Shown here: positions 48,201 to 62,600 of the stretch, one piece after another | How positions within the stretch are numbered: position 1 is the stretch's first letter | Layout of the letters: each line of letters opens with the position of its first letter | Assembly (NCBI RefSeq): GCF_964204865.1 | Contig: NC_135253.1 | Span: 14,198,001 to 14,262,000, forward strand | Length of the DNA: 64,000 bases | Source: Styela clava | Taxonomy: Eukaryota | Reading direction: 5' to 3' | Made by a program: the position numbers and the translations under genes | The notes under the pieces: model-generated | The model's input: the letters and a program-made list of their open reading frames with translations, nothing else | Told to the model about the DNA's origin: nothing | Databases searched by the model: none

Positions 48201-50891
48201 CAAGATATAACTGTAAATATAGGATTTACAGTTATATCTTGTATTATTTGAAGAAGTTAGACCATGATCTAACGAAAGCTCACAAATATACTTACTATTT
48301 CGTTGAAGAGATCATGTTATTTTTACTTTTCACTTTAATACTTTCTTGTTCAAGCATCCTTGTGGTGAGTGCCACATACGGATCCGAAGTAGAAAGTAAT
48401 CAAGGAGAAAGAACCTGCAGTTCAATACATATTATCCAAGTTCCCCTAGTAAATGAAAGATGTCTTTAAAATCTAGATAACACTGGGGGTTTCTCAGTTT
48501 GTTGATACCAATGACAATGAGTCAAATAAGCTACTTGAACTTATCATCACCCCGTCAGTATGATAATAATCGATAATGCAACGCACCCTCCCATGGGTTA
48601 TGCTGAGTGGAAAATCTAGATGAAAGATTTTATTAAAATTGAATAAAAAGTAGGCCCATAGTTCTACAACACCAGTTTTGCTTCTGATGAACTATTATCA
48701 TCGTTTATTGATATATATACCTTACTTTCTTTATGCAACTTATGCAGCCAGATATCGATAGTCATGCATTCGGGCCTGACTCTGACAGAGTTAACGATGT
48801 GACGTTGCCTTTGGTTGATCGCACGATACAATATTTATTCAACCAAAGTGACAACTATGGTTTATTTGATGACTTGAATATTATAATTACAAGGTCAGTA
48901 AACGTAACGCAGGGGAATTGGGAATTTTTCAATTTTATTGATATATAATAGCAGCAATAGCAAATAATTTCATGTTTAATATACTTAGGCACTTTTCAAT
49001 TTTATTGATATATATATAATAGCAGCAGAATTTTTCAATTTTATTGATATATAATAGCAGCTATAGCAAATAATATCATGTTTAATATACTTAGGAATCT
49101 GGCTTTCCTTTCATACTTCATTTAATACAATGTAGGCGGTAACAGTGTTTGATCTTTATACTATTGTCACCATGACTAAATTTATATAGGGCGGAAAATT
49201 AATTAGTTGGATCTTTATGAGGGATTCTGCCGACGTCAATCCACTTTTTTACTGCTTTCAGTGATCACGGGATGTTGAATGTCAATACCAGCGCTCGTGA
49301 TAACGATACAATTTCTCTGATGAGATATGTGGATCCGAGTTGGGTTTCGTTTCAATTCAGCTATGGACCATTGGGTCTGATAGAACCTGTTCCAGAGAAT
49401 AAAACCGCTGTGTATGAAGGACTGAAAGGTAAATGTAAACTAGCTACTTCATACGTATTAATTCATTTGAAAAAAAACCATCACTGGGTAGCAAATATCT
49501 GCAAGTATAACAAGTGTTTTTCCGTCACGCCCAATTTGGCTATTCTGGAGTATAGTGGGCCACCACGTGGTATTTCCCAGTTTAGCTTTAGTCCGACATC
49601 TTTTCAGCAAACAGTGTGCCCACTTAGGGTCTCACTGGTACCTATGTGAATTGTTACGGCCATGGGACCTAATTTTAATACGAAGCATTTGAATGATCAG
49701 AAAACAGATTTCTTCTTCCAGATAAATAGGAAACTCCCATTGATCCATTTCTGTTTGTGAAAATTCCAGTTGACATCCAGAAAGATACAATAAATATCGC
49801 AATGATAGTAATAGTCGTCATTCGAACTTACCTCCGCATACTGTAGTATATATATATGGGATACAAATTTCCAATTCGTATTATCAAATGACGAAGACAA
49901 ACGCCAATTATATGTTTCTCAGCTGGCAGTAATCGAATGGAAGTTTATTATAAAGAAGAGATCCCGGAAAGATATCACTATAAAAACAACGATAGAGTCC
50001 CATCCATTGTGATAACGGCACATCATGGATACGAGATATACGAGGTGAGGGACTTGTATAACTATTTTACTTTTTCGTATGGCTCGCAAGGTAGTCTTTT
50101 GGCGATTTGTGTGTAAGTCTATGCATATGCATCTAGACTGAAAACCAGGCGAGAAGAAGTGATCAAGCTCCAAATTTCCTTTCCTATGGAAAAAATCCTA
50201 TACAGATGAGAATGTCGTCGTATTGTCTATGCCGGTGATTTTCAACCGCGGAACACTTTCATCGATTTCTGATTTGTTATCGTGAAATATGCCAATCAGA
50301 AACAATTGTGAACAACAATTTGAGGCTAAACACCATCTCTTGAAACACCGGTTGAAAATCACTGAACCACACTATCATATCCACATAGGTAACATGCATT
50401 GAATAGGAAAGAACACTCGAACTGTCTATTAGTAGCCTACTAGTTCTAACAATACAACCTACTTCTATTGTTTTACTAATTTGTTATAAATATTTGCAAT
50501 GCAAAATTGATCCTCAAATTTGAAATGTTCATTACGCTAACAAAGAATCACTTTAACTTTGCAGTATTTTCCCGGAACTCATACTTACCGTGGTAATCAT
50601 GGGTATGACAATGATTTCGAGGATATGAGAACGTCATATTTTAGCATAGGACCATCTTTCAAGGTAAATTTGTACCCTTTGTTAAATCGGTCATCTTATT
50701 TATATCAGCAAACAAATGTATATGATATTGCGGACCTTTTACACCAGTAAAACTTTCATACACAATGATATTTCTATTTATGCGATACTCGAGGATCACT
50801 CATTGTCTGTAAAACTACTAACGCTAACCCGTCGTCTTCGCATATTACTAGTTAACTCCATACTTCGAAAAAGATTTCATATATAGAACAG

Positions 50892-50926
<35 letters not shown>

Positions 50927-51226
50927 ATTATAGATATGTTCAATCGATTCATGACATCACCTTTGTTTAATTTGAACTTTTAGAAAGGCGTTACTGTCGA
51001 TGGGTTTGAATCTGTGAATATATATCCGCTCATGTGTCACTTACTCGGGCTAACACCTGCACCAAACAACGGATCACTTGAAGTTTTGTACCCAACCCTG
51101 GCATCCGATCCTGTCACATCAACGCAGAGTGAAATGACAACAAGCGGAGGCGTATCAATCGTACATTATAACACAGTTATTTTTTTATTATCGCTTTTTT
51201 CTGCCCATATATTTACAATTATATAA
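45230..51226 (+). CDS. ENPP7: ENPP7-like phosphodiesterase, copy 2, 9 exons with the same structure as copy 1
   Basis: Exons are near-identical with intact GT-AG sites and no stops seen. The catalytic Thr and metal-ligand motifs are retained. Confidence 0.85.
46936..47929. mobile_element. hAT-type non-autonomous element (994 bp), only in ENPP copy 2 intron 4
   Basis: TIRs tagggatggg/cccatcccta with a perfect 8-bp TSD ataggtac (46928-46935 and 47930-47937). Subterminal gaatccgagt repeats. Confidence 0.88.
48120..48322. repeat. Near-perfect foldback palindrome with 99-bp arms and a 5-nt loop
   Basis: 48120-48218 is the reverse complement of 48224-48322, with one mismatch seen. Confidence 0.93.
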
Positions 51227-53639
51227 ACAACACTATATTAGTTCCATAGAAATAATTTAGACTCCTACAAATTGTCATAGAAATACATTGAAGACTGCTG
51301 TACCGTTTTCTCAGTCCGAATATTTTCATTCATATAAATCAATCACACTATATCAATTCTAATATAAATATTCAGACTCCTATTTCAAATTGGCCTAGAA
51401 TTACATTAAAGATCATTATCCGAGGTTACTGTTCATGTTAGGCAACCTAGACGATTGCGCTTATAACTGTATTAAGCGGGTGTTATAACTGACCAGATAC
51501 CAATGAGGATTTCGTCTGTAAGCTTTTTTTATCGTAAATGTCATTTATAGTTGTAATAAAAAGTAGTTTTCAAGTGTAATGGAGCTTGTTTGTGTAAGCA
51601 CAACATTGGTGACTTCTCGAGCACGTTCGCATCGGCTAGAGCTTGAAAAACTTGTTTGAATCTTACATTTTCCATTGTTTTTTGTCTGACAAGGAATGGA
51701 CAACGTTTTTTTTTATATTGGAGTCATGTTGTGATCAAAAGGTTGGAGGTTAGACAATAATTGGCGTCTGGAAAACTTTATTGTTCAACATAACCAAGAT
51801 GAGGTTAACGTAATTTGCGCAAGCAAGCGACACTATTGTGCAAAATCTCATGCTAGTTACGATAGCAGTGCGGACGAAATACGGGTTGGTAGTAGTATTT
51901 ATGGAAATGTGTACTCGAAGAAAAAATATTTCGCAAACCAGATATTACTTTCTCGTTCAACAGTGGCTCGCCAAATGGTTGATTCTTTCGAAAATATCAA
52001 AATAGAACAAAATTACTAGCGGTCGGGCCAATCCAATCGAGATGATTCCATAATTTTACACCAATCTTAAAATCATCTTTTTTGGCATTTTATAATGGTG
52101 ACAATCTTACAGTCTGACATAGTCTCAAATATTTATCTACCCCTGAATCTATTATGTAGTTATTTCTAAACAGTATACTCTCGAGAAAACAGTAGTCCGA
52201 AACTAAACTCTACACGATCTTTTTAATTAGATATCAGATCCTTGGGTGACGATACTCGATAACCAGCTTCGGTTCCTCGCGGCCTCCCTCCCACAGTTAA
52301 AATGTGTGATTACGTTTTTTCTTTGTATTTGACTTTTTAACTGGTTGGGAAAAATAAACTCGACTTGCAAGCAGTCATCAACGCTGCGGCGCTGAACAAG
52401 ACGAATCTCAGGAATTAGCTTACAGATGAGCACTTGCAAGCTCAACTTGAACTTGCTAAGACTAAGACTAGCGAGTGGCTCGATGGCCCGGCCCTGAAGA
52501 ATCGCCGTAATTTTACGTTTTGGCCCATCGCGATAAACAATCTACGCCTGGAGATATGGTAGAGTTATCGCCGACCTACCTCTAAGTCCTGACAATCCAA
52601 GAGGTTTGTCCGTTACCTGTATTATTGGAGACAACAGTTCGGGACTACAGACAGATATTTGCAATGAAACTTTTATGACTTGATATTACTAAGTAAATAT
52701 CTTACAGTAAAAAAAAGAAGATCCAACATGGTCGGCAAAACTTATCACTGATAGTAAATATGCGGCTTAAATTTTTGTATCGACCAAACGTGATTCAGTG
52801 ATAATAGTTTAAAATAATGAAAGTAAGCGTGCATAGCAAAAAAAGCAAAAAGAACATGGGAATCGGAACATGAGAAGCTGAAATTTCGATCATTATAGTC
52901 ATCAGATCATTATAGTCATCAGATAACCTTACTTACACAAAAACGAAAAAAGTGTCAGATAAAGATGGCCCAGATGGGCAAACTTTATTCAATCCAACCA
53001 GGAGTTGACTTACTGTTTGCTTTCATTCTAAGATGATGGCAGTGGAACAAGTATAAACTGAATAAAGTGCGCCAGTCTTGTTTGGTCCGGGATAACATTT
53101 GAAAGTTTTGAGAACAATGTAGTTCTGTAGTCAAATCGAAAAATGAAATCCCCATTTCCCCTCCTGATTGTGAGATCGCATGTTGCATACGAATAAAATA
53201 AGGAGAGATAATGCAAACAATTATTGAAGAAAACGTATACCACAAAAGCATAAAAACCAGAAATAAACCTTTTGGGAAGAATTAAAAATTACTATAAAAG
53301 TCAACATGAAAAACATCCAATATACCCGATACTCAGTTAGTTTTCATTCAAAATTACACCAACAAAAAGTACAGATTGTACACAAGGTGCTAAGGATAGA
53401 ATATGAAATTGAATGATTGTTAACTATCATAAATCAGCACTTTTCAAAAATGGATGAAGTGGTGAAAGATTGTAAACAAAACATGTTGAACTGCAGATTT
53501 GTGACCTGGATAGTATTGCTACAATTCCTTATATAAGTCGAATATAGTGAGTCCATTTTCACCTATCAATATCTTAAATATCTCCAAGATTTTATTCCAC
53601 AGTGGCTAATCACCTATAGTTTAGTTGTGGTTCCATTTG

Positions 53640-56600
53640 TTAAAACATTGAGTACAGATTATCTTCTTCATATTGCATATCGTAATCACCAACAGTGTCA
53701 TCTGATATTCGATTATCATCTGTATGGGAAAAGCAAGATTGTGGTATTTATAACATTAGTATCGTGACTTTGCGCAAGTTATACTAAATTTAAACCTAAG
53801 TTACTATTGCAGAAAATCATGCCCAGGGTGTAAAATATCAGACAGGCTGAGATGGCTCAAAAAATTATGAATGTTTTTAAACTACTATTGTACATACTTA
53901 AACACTGTCACCAACCAGCAATTACCCAATGACAGGCAGCAAGGAGTCCAGGATTCCTCTCACACATAATGAGAACCCACGCAGAGTAATCAGCATTGCC
54001 TTATCAATTTGTTCATTTTAAGATAATTTCAGGTAAATAGATTCAAAGGTTGGATTTTTGTTTGATTTTCATATTATTTTATTAGGTAGCTGTCAAAATG
54101 CAGGAGCAAATCTCCAAAAATGAGAAAATCAACTATTGATATTTCGAAACACAATTTAAAATAAACTATTTTCAGTACCATCGTCGTCATCATCATCGTC
54201 AAATGTGTCATCATCTGAACTCGGAAAATTCCCCTGAAATATGGAAAACGGGTATCACTTACGAACACTAAATGGTTGGACTTGAATATATTAAATCCAC
54301 AAACTAATGACCTTGACTCCGTGTTTACCACCTCCCCCCAGGGTAAAATTAATTGAGTAAATCACTGTTGTTTTCTTTTGAAATTTTTAAGATTTCATTT
54401 ATACCATTCAAACTCATGTTTCAGACAAATCTACTTTTCGAAGTTTTCACAAAACTACGCAAAATACATTGTCCACGAATCTAGCTATGCTCTTTCTACC
54501 AATTGAAAGTAAATTCTTTCTGAATAGCGTCAAAAGGCGGCAAAGTCTTCAAAGATTCCAAACCTCATCATTGTTTTCATCATCATCGTCGTCGTCATCA
54601 TCATCCTCATCGTCTTCATCCCATGCTCTTAGTACAGGATTCAATCTATCAACTGCACTTTCTAATGCAGTAGCATCTCTTCTCCATAACTACAAACATA
54701 AAGAAAACGAGATTAGGTAAAATATTTCTCCATAAAAATAAAAATAGGGGAAAAAAATCAACAGTTCCACACAAGATTTTAAGCTGCATTCCATCCTTAA
54801 CAATCATTAAAGAACCACTAATATTTCCATAAGAAGAATTTGCCCAAAGTATGGTGAGTGGCACTCACTCAGAAGTAAAGGATATTCAATTCTGAAGCAC
54901 TTTTATAAGCACCAGTGTAATGTTAATCTCAACTGAAACTATACAGGTTCAACATGACACATCAGGCACCAACAAATGCTGATTGATGTGGAACTCCCAA
55001 GCAGGTAAAGCCGACATGACCAGGTAAATAAATAGCTATGAGATAATGAATTCTACGTCAAGTTAAAGAAATATTTGGCATGAATTCTTACCTCCAGAGA
55101 GGTAAACTGAGTAGTTCTCTCATAGTCAATGCGTAAAACGATTAAAATCATCCATTTTTAATTGAATTTGGACCATTCAAATCTTTGTTTGCGATTAGCA
55201 TGTATAAAATAATACCAATATTAGAAAAATTACCCCGAATCCAATGTCTTCATCATCATGCTCATCATCAGACATTCCAGCAGGTCGAGCATGAAGAACA
55301 ATGTTACTTCGATTTGTTTTACCATCTGCCAATAATTTTGACAAGGGCAAACCAACTTTCATGTCCTAATTAAATTATAATGAATGAAATAAATAAAATA
55401 CAGAAAGAATAAACCTGTTAAGCCATGATGATGCTGAGTAAATGTTTTCCTGTATTCAAATGAAATTCTTTCTAGTGGTTCTAATTTTAGGTTTTGATAG
55501 CTTGTTGGACTCGTTAGGGTAATGAGTACACAATATTTTAAAGGTGACTTTCATATAGGCGGAATACTCGAATATACTATGCCTAGGTTATTCACTTAGG
55601 TGGTTTCGACATTCAACCATTTTAAATTAGTCATGCCAGATGAACAACTTAAATGCCAATTAGCAGCAACTTTAGAAAATCATAAAAATTGATCAAACAA
55701 ATAAAATTGAAAGGATAAATGTTAAGTCTTGTCTGATAAAAGTAAACAACAAAATATGAAGTGCTTGATATTGAAGCATAATTATTTTTTGTATGTAGGA
55801 CTGCCCGAAACAAAGTCACAAGACTTAGAAAGAATATGAATAGAAACTTCAGTTGATGTCTAAAGTAACTAATGAGAACAATCCAAAATGCACGCCAACC
55901 TGGGCCGAAAAAGTTAGTATTGATTTCAACTGAGTTCCAATTTTGGAAAAATTTTCTTCCATTTGTATGAGATCAGAATCGCTTAAATTTGCGAGAGCAT
56001 TGTTGATATCTGCAACACCAAGAAGGGTTTTGTCTGCAAGAAAGAATATACGAACATTATTATGAAAGAAGAGAATGATTCCATACCAGGAAGCTAACAA
56101 GACAGCTAATTAAAAAATAATTTATTTTCTACTGTCTACTTGATAACTAACTAGTAACTAGTAATGCCTAAATCCAAGAAATTCAGTTTAAATGAAATTA
56201 AAACTATAAAATAATGGTTTATCAACAAAATTCACCATTTTTCTCTGAAGACATGAGTATGAACATATGAATTTATGAAAAATGTTTATCAACAAAGATA
56301 TTATATAATTTTTTTGGCACTCCAGAAGTAAGTGCACCAAGATGGCGCACAACCACCCTAACCTGGCGCAATCTTGGTACACATACTTCGGGAGCACCAT
56401 TTTTTATATGTATATATTCCAGAAGGAAAAAAAAGTCAGGGAAAACGACTCAATCATATGGCAAACCACAGTCCAAGGCTTTTTATTAAATTCATTTAAT
56501 TTATTTATGTTAAAATTGCTTTTGATACCTATAGCTAAAAAGGAGCTACAAACTTCAAATTATCATATTATATTCACCTAAAAATTCCTGTAGTTTGAGA

Positions 56601-59600
56601 GTGTTGTTTTCTAGTACTTGAGAATGAAGTTCCATAGTTTTCATCCTTTCTGTATCGACCGAATAATAACTGAAAATGTTGCTGTATGCCAGTGCCTGAA
56701 AAATGGCAGTGTGTAAGGACTGACAACCAATAGATACATATGATAAAATGAATGTCTGTGTGGTAGGAAATTATATGTGCGAATATCTATATGTCTGTGT
56801 CTAGTATTTGAACTGCACAGGCCTGATGCGGTCACAGGGTTTAACTTTGAATTTTATAAGTTTAGAGTCGAGCACAATACAATTACAATGTTAGCCCGCC
56901 ATTGGGCCATGTCTGCCATTGAAGTAAGTTGGTGTCAAATCAAAGAGTCAGAACTGAAGGTTCAGATTTACCAAAGAATAGAGCTTTTCAGTATAAACTG
57001 AAATGACACCAAGTTAAGCCAAATTTCTAACAGTATCTAAAAAAGCGAATAGAATATTTTTGGAGAAACTGCTGGAGTCAAAATTGATATTTTGTTGAAC
57101 CAAAGTCAGGAGTTGTTTTTTCAATAGAGTATTTAATTTAATTTAAGTATTCAATTTTTTAACCACAAGAACTTTTAACGAGAAGATTTGTGAGATTGAT
57201 GAGTGATCAACCCATAATTATAACATACGGTACCCTGCAGTAAAAAATCCTTCAACCCTTACTTTTCTTGCTTTCACTAAAATGATGCAAACTCTGATTG
57301 CACGAGTGAGTTTGACTGGTGAAACCATTGTTGCATCCACTGACATCATTCGTTTAACGATACCAAGTGGAAACATCTAAATTCAAAATAAGATTGTACT
57401 GTTTAATTGCTTTCATATAAACACATTGTCTTAAAGGTAGATTACATGGAAAAGAATTGGAAAAGTTGTGTTTATTAAAGAACAAATTACCAAATTGACC
57501 ATTAAATAGGGTTACCATATTTCACGGACCATAACCCAGATCAGGATAAATGGGGGAATTCCAATAAATCTTTATTAATACATAAGACGCACTGCACTAT
57601 AAGACACAACAATTTTCATGAAGTTGAAGACAGCATTTTTTTTTATAAAACAATAGTAGCCTACCTAATGGTTTGACTGTAGGCAATAAAGCATGAAGCA
57701 CTACCTGATCCATACATAAGAAACACGATCGAAAGTGTGGAAATAAATGACGTGAAACAGAAATAAATACACTTCTTGTCGGTTGTAGAGCAGAATTTTT
57801 TTGTAAAGAATGATGAATAATTCGGAATAATTTACTTTTTTAGAATATTTTTGAACATCAAAATAGAATTAGTAAACAGTAAATCTTTATTCTATTTAGA
57901 CAGAGATCTGGCAAGCTAAATGATGCAACTGAACTCTAGACTGCATAAAATCATAATTAATGTTCAATGGACAAGCAATGTCTTCCTTCAATGACCAAGA
58001 AAAATACTAAGAAAAATCCTTGACAAAGATGTTTAGAAAACAACATAATCAATTTGAAGCTATTAAAAGTTGTTGGCAAGAATATAGAATAGCTTGGCAT
58101 TGTTTAATGGTGCTGGAGTCAGATCTGAAGTCACAGTTCCAATTATCTGAAGTAGGGATCGGAGATTCTTGAAAATCCTCATGAGTTGAAGTAATGACTT
58201 GCTGTTTCCCCAGTGTAATATATATTGAATTTATTATTCAATAAAAGCAGTTATACAATAACATGTGTTACCGTTGCTTTATGATGAAATTGACATCTCT
58301 TATTATGGTCTTGAAATTTCAATCCTGCTTGTGCCATCTTGCTTACTTTAGCTGAGCATTTATAGTAATCCCGATGTGTTGGTCGCCATGGTTTCAGACA
58401 TCTCCAACAAAAATCATGGCTGCATTTGAGACACTTCATGCTAGAATGAAAAATTTTGTAGAAATAAAAATATATCCTGGTTTTGACACATCTTGATAAT
58501 TTGTCTTAATAAGAATTACTGTTGTCACACTGTCTTTTCTTTCTATCCATTCCAGAACTTCAGCAATGTTCAAAATGCAACATTAATTCTGAACACCAAG
58601 ATAAATCAATTTGAAATATATAAAAATTGAAACAAATAAAAAATAAGCATACTGTAAACATCCATCGTCTTTTTCAATATTAGCTTGGCAGTTTGGACAT
58701 CTTTTTGCAATAAGTCTTGCTAGATGTTTACTTCTTGCATCATCACCCATTCCTTCAAAATAACCTCCATCTTCCAACCATTGTGACATGTGACCACAAC
58801 TTGCAGGATAATGTGACTGAAAACAAGAAATAATACAACTAAGAACATCGTCTTGTAGTAGTAATTTGATTTGGTTATTGAAAAATCCAGATGATATTTC
58901 GTTTTCCTATATTTTCAATTTCATAATGTTTCCACCGAAAGTGTAACAGCAGGATAAACACACCAGAATTATTAGGAGAAATTTCTTCACTTTTGACTTA
59001 TAATTCGATATATTTCCAGGAGAGGATCTTGTTTTGTTCACACCAATCACTTCGGTTATGTCATGAATTAATTTTATCTTTCACTGTTTACTACTGTAAC
59101 TACTTACCGCATCATTCAGCCGCATAAACAGCTTTTTACAATTTCAAAAATAAATTGTTTAAATTTTTGTTTTGTTTAACTCCTTGAGCCAAACTCAATC
59201 ATAGCAATATTTTTTGTCATGCCACGAAAGACAAATAATAAAAATCAGATGAAGAGAGCAAGTCTCAAATTACCTCGGAATAAGTGCAAGCGAAACAAGT
59301 TTCCCAACCACATGCTGAGCAAGTACCGATGTTTTTCCATGAAGAACCTTTTCTCACAACCATATCACATCCTAGTGGGCAATGACACCAGGTTAATGAT
59401 CTGTCACTTTCAACATAGGATCGCACAAGTACCATTTTGTACCTGAAGAATGAAAACTTAGAATTAGTAAAATACCAAAGTGTATTTCATTAAAAAAGTA
59501 TGAATTGAGAGGTTACCACACTTATCAAGCACGTTTAATTTTTGTAATACAAATCATGGCAAAGGGGGAGCAATTTCACTTCTTTATCATCAACTTCAAT

Positions 59601-62600
59601 AAAGCCATTCAATAAATGCGATACGCCAGCTTGTTTTGACGCTCATGGCGGAGTTGAATGTATGATATCTGTTCTTATTTTAACATTAATTTGAATAAGT
59701 TTGATCATTTACACCAGTTTTCAAATGTGGACAGATGAGATGAATTTATTTGGGAAATGGATTTATATAAAAATTGTGCGTGAAATTTAATCATTACATG
59801 AAACAAAAAACTAACCATCTTTTGAACTTATAAACTCTCCAAAAATGAACTAATTCATATAAGTTACCGTTCATAAATATCTTTTTCGTCTTTGAATAGT
59901 CTTTCATATGTTTCCAGTGTTGGACGAGCATCGCATTTTTCAATAGGACACTGAGCATTTGATGCCTGATTTTCATCCAATTTTTGAGTAAGATAGGTTT
60001 TCCAGCAATCCTATAGAAATTGGAAAAGTATAACAAACAACTGGTACAAATATATCACAATATTATCCTACTTATCTTATTTCCATTTTTGCGCTGCAGG
60101 ATAATGTAAGGTAAAGACAACTTACTGAGTAATTACTGCGCACTAACAAAAATATATTTGTGTTTTGTTTAGATTTTTGTAACTTCCCTATACAAACATA
60201 TTTCAATTTGAAATATTTTTGCACTAGTGCGCAGCAAAACTATTACATTATTTAGAACTATCATTATGATATAGCAATGCTAGAGGAAAGAATGGCATAG
60301 ATCAGGGTTGTCCAACCTTTTTGGCGGAAGGGTCACTTTTAGTTTACGAATGATTCCGCGGGCCACTTGGTATGGTCATGGTAGTTATGTTCTAGTTTTC
60401 ATTACACCGGCTACAGATTAATGAAAAACAGCCTGTCACCAAAACTATAATAACAATGAAAATACGAAGATACAGTAAAGTCAAAAGTTTTTACCACCTA
60501 TAGAAATTCTAATGTGAAGTATGAACTGATTTTATACAAAGTTGTCAAGATTAGGTGCGATGGGCGATGTAGAAATGCGAAGTGAATTTTTTATATGAAT
60601 GTTAAAAATTAGTGATATCACAGGGATTTGAGATGGTTCATCCGTGAAAAAACTTGCTCGTATATGTAAGTGCTGTCAAATATTGAGGTCATGAAAACTG
60701 CCTCTTTTAGCTTCACAGAAAAAAAAGCGGTAAAACAGATTGAAATACACAGCAGACGATAAAAATGAAATTTAAATATCTCTTTCTCAGGCAATAACGC
60801 CCGCAAAAAGACTTTAAAAGGATTCCGATAGCTCGTTGGTGCTTATCGCGCGTTTGAATGACGAGAAATAATTAATTTTTTATTAGAGGTTTCAATAGTG
60901 GCTCAGATTTGTAAAAGACATCGGGCTTCAAATAATACAGCGCGGGTCACTCAAAAATCTTCGGCGGGCCACGGGTTGGAGGACCCTGGCATAGATGGTT
61001 GTCAAAAGACACAAAATCCCTTTTGATTAGTTTCAAAGAATTTAAATAGATAGTAACTAAATTATTAAGCAAATATTGGCATCATATTCAGATATCTAAC
61101 TGAAGTTCAGATAATGAAGCACCTTTTACTTGTTTTGTGCAGAAACTTGGCATAAAACAAAGGTTTAAAAAATCTTAAAAAAATATATTTATTATTACTA
61201 AGAAAAGAAGCATTTACCATAAATAGTAGAATAAAATTGATAAGATAACAACTTACAACACAGCATTGATGATCACATTGTAATGCGAGTGAATTTGAAG
61301 ATGTGAGTTCGTTAGTACAAATAGGACAACAATTATCAGAAGATGAAGTTTGACTTTTTGCAGTACTAGCAGATGCTGCAGCAGCACCTTGTTCAGACAG
61401 ATCATCCTCATTTTCATCCGATTCTTTTTCTTCATTTGCGATTCCAATTGCTCTCAATGTTGACTTATTACTTACATAATGCTAAAATAGCAGAAGGATA
61501 CATGTTTATCCCGAGAAAGAGGAAAGCCGATAAGGCGACTTAATCATATGGCGAACCGCATCATCTTGTCTGGTTACCAGTTCATGTCAGGTAGAAGATT
61601 AGTTAGCCAAGTATTTGTTTCAGATACATGGACTCAATGGAGTAAGGAACCCCCAGGTTAAGCTGTTAACCCGTGAAAGATAATCAGAGTTGCGGTGGCG
61701 AGCATATTCCTGATGCTTAGCACGATGCGTCACATCGCTGAGCCAAAACACAATGAATAGACTTAAACAAAAACTTATAAAGAAATATAAGAAAACAAAC
61801 TCATCATCTAATGTTTGGCAGACTGCTGCGTTACATACCCAATATAATTATTCATGTTCATAGCATTGAATTTAGGGCATATTATAAACTATTTTAAATT
61901 AATCTGTCATTATCATTGGTGCCTTTTTTATTCCTATTCTGTATTAAATAAATATACCTCTATCAAATCTTGAACCCTCCAATCCATTTGTAGTAATAAT
62001 GCTTCCACAATACTCTTGTCACAGGAAAGTACTTGAGAAATTCTTGTGATAGATTTTTCAATTGTAGTATATATCTGGAAATAAAATTAGAAATATGGCA
62101 TAATCTCTCAATTTTTTCATGATATTTTCGCTCATCTTCACTCTATTCAAGGCTTCGTAAAAGAAGCTAAATTTCAAATAAAATAACATGTGACCCCCAG
62201 AGCCTAATATGTATAAGTAAACGCTGGCCATATGAGTCACATTAATTAAAAAAAAAAATTGATTCACAGGAAATGTGCTCTTTGTATTAGTCTTGAACAG
62301 TAGTTCTCAAATTAAGGGAGACGTGACAATTTTTGAAGTAGCGTGAAGTTAATTAAAAATAAAAATATTTGTTAGATTTGATCTCGCCCGCCTTATTTTG
62401 GATATTTACATTCAGTCCACATATTTTCAACATGCTTTTTGAATAAAACATACTTTCGCTTTATTATCTGTTATTTGTAGCAGCTTAAAAAGTTTGAGAA
62501 CCACTGTTATAAAAGCAAACGTATCCAGTCTCTCATACCACGAATTCATTAAAATACTATGGAAAGACTCGAAGATTCCAAATGATTTAACAGAATTAAA

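Larger units (their letters stand above)
37699..52345 (+). repeat. Head-to-tail tandem duplication, units about 37699-44938 and 44939-52345
   Basis: Both units start tatggcttagaaaagtcaagc and end ...ggaaaaataaact.gac. Exons, introns and the 3' flank are collinear. Confidence 0.92.

Noticed and set aside
48925-49100. Short local tandem duplications in ENPP copy 2 intron 5, and (TA)n tracts at about 31638 and 50897
   Set aside because: Ordinary slippage products with no further structure.
54469-54720. Poly-Ser ORF on the + strand
   Set aside because: It is the antisense shadow of an Asp/Glu-rich CUL9 exon.
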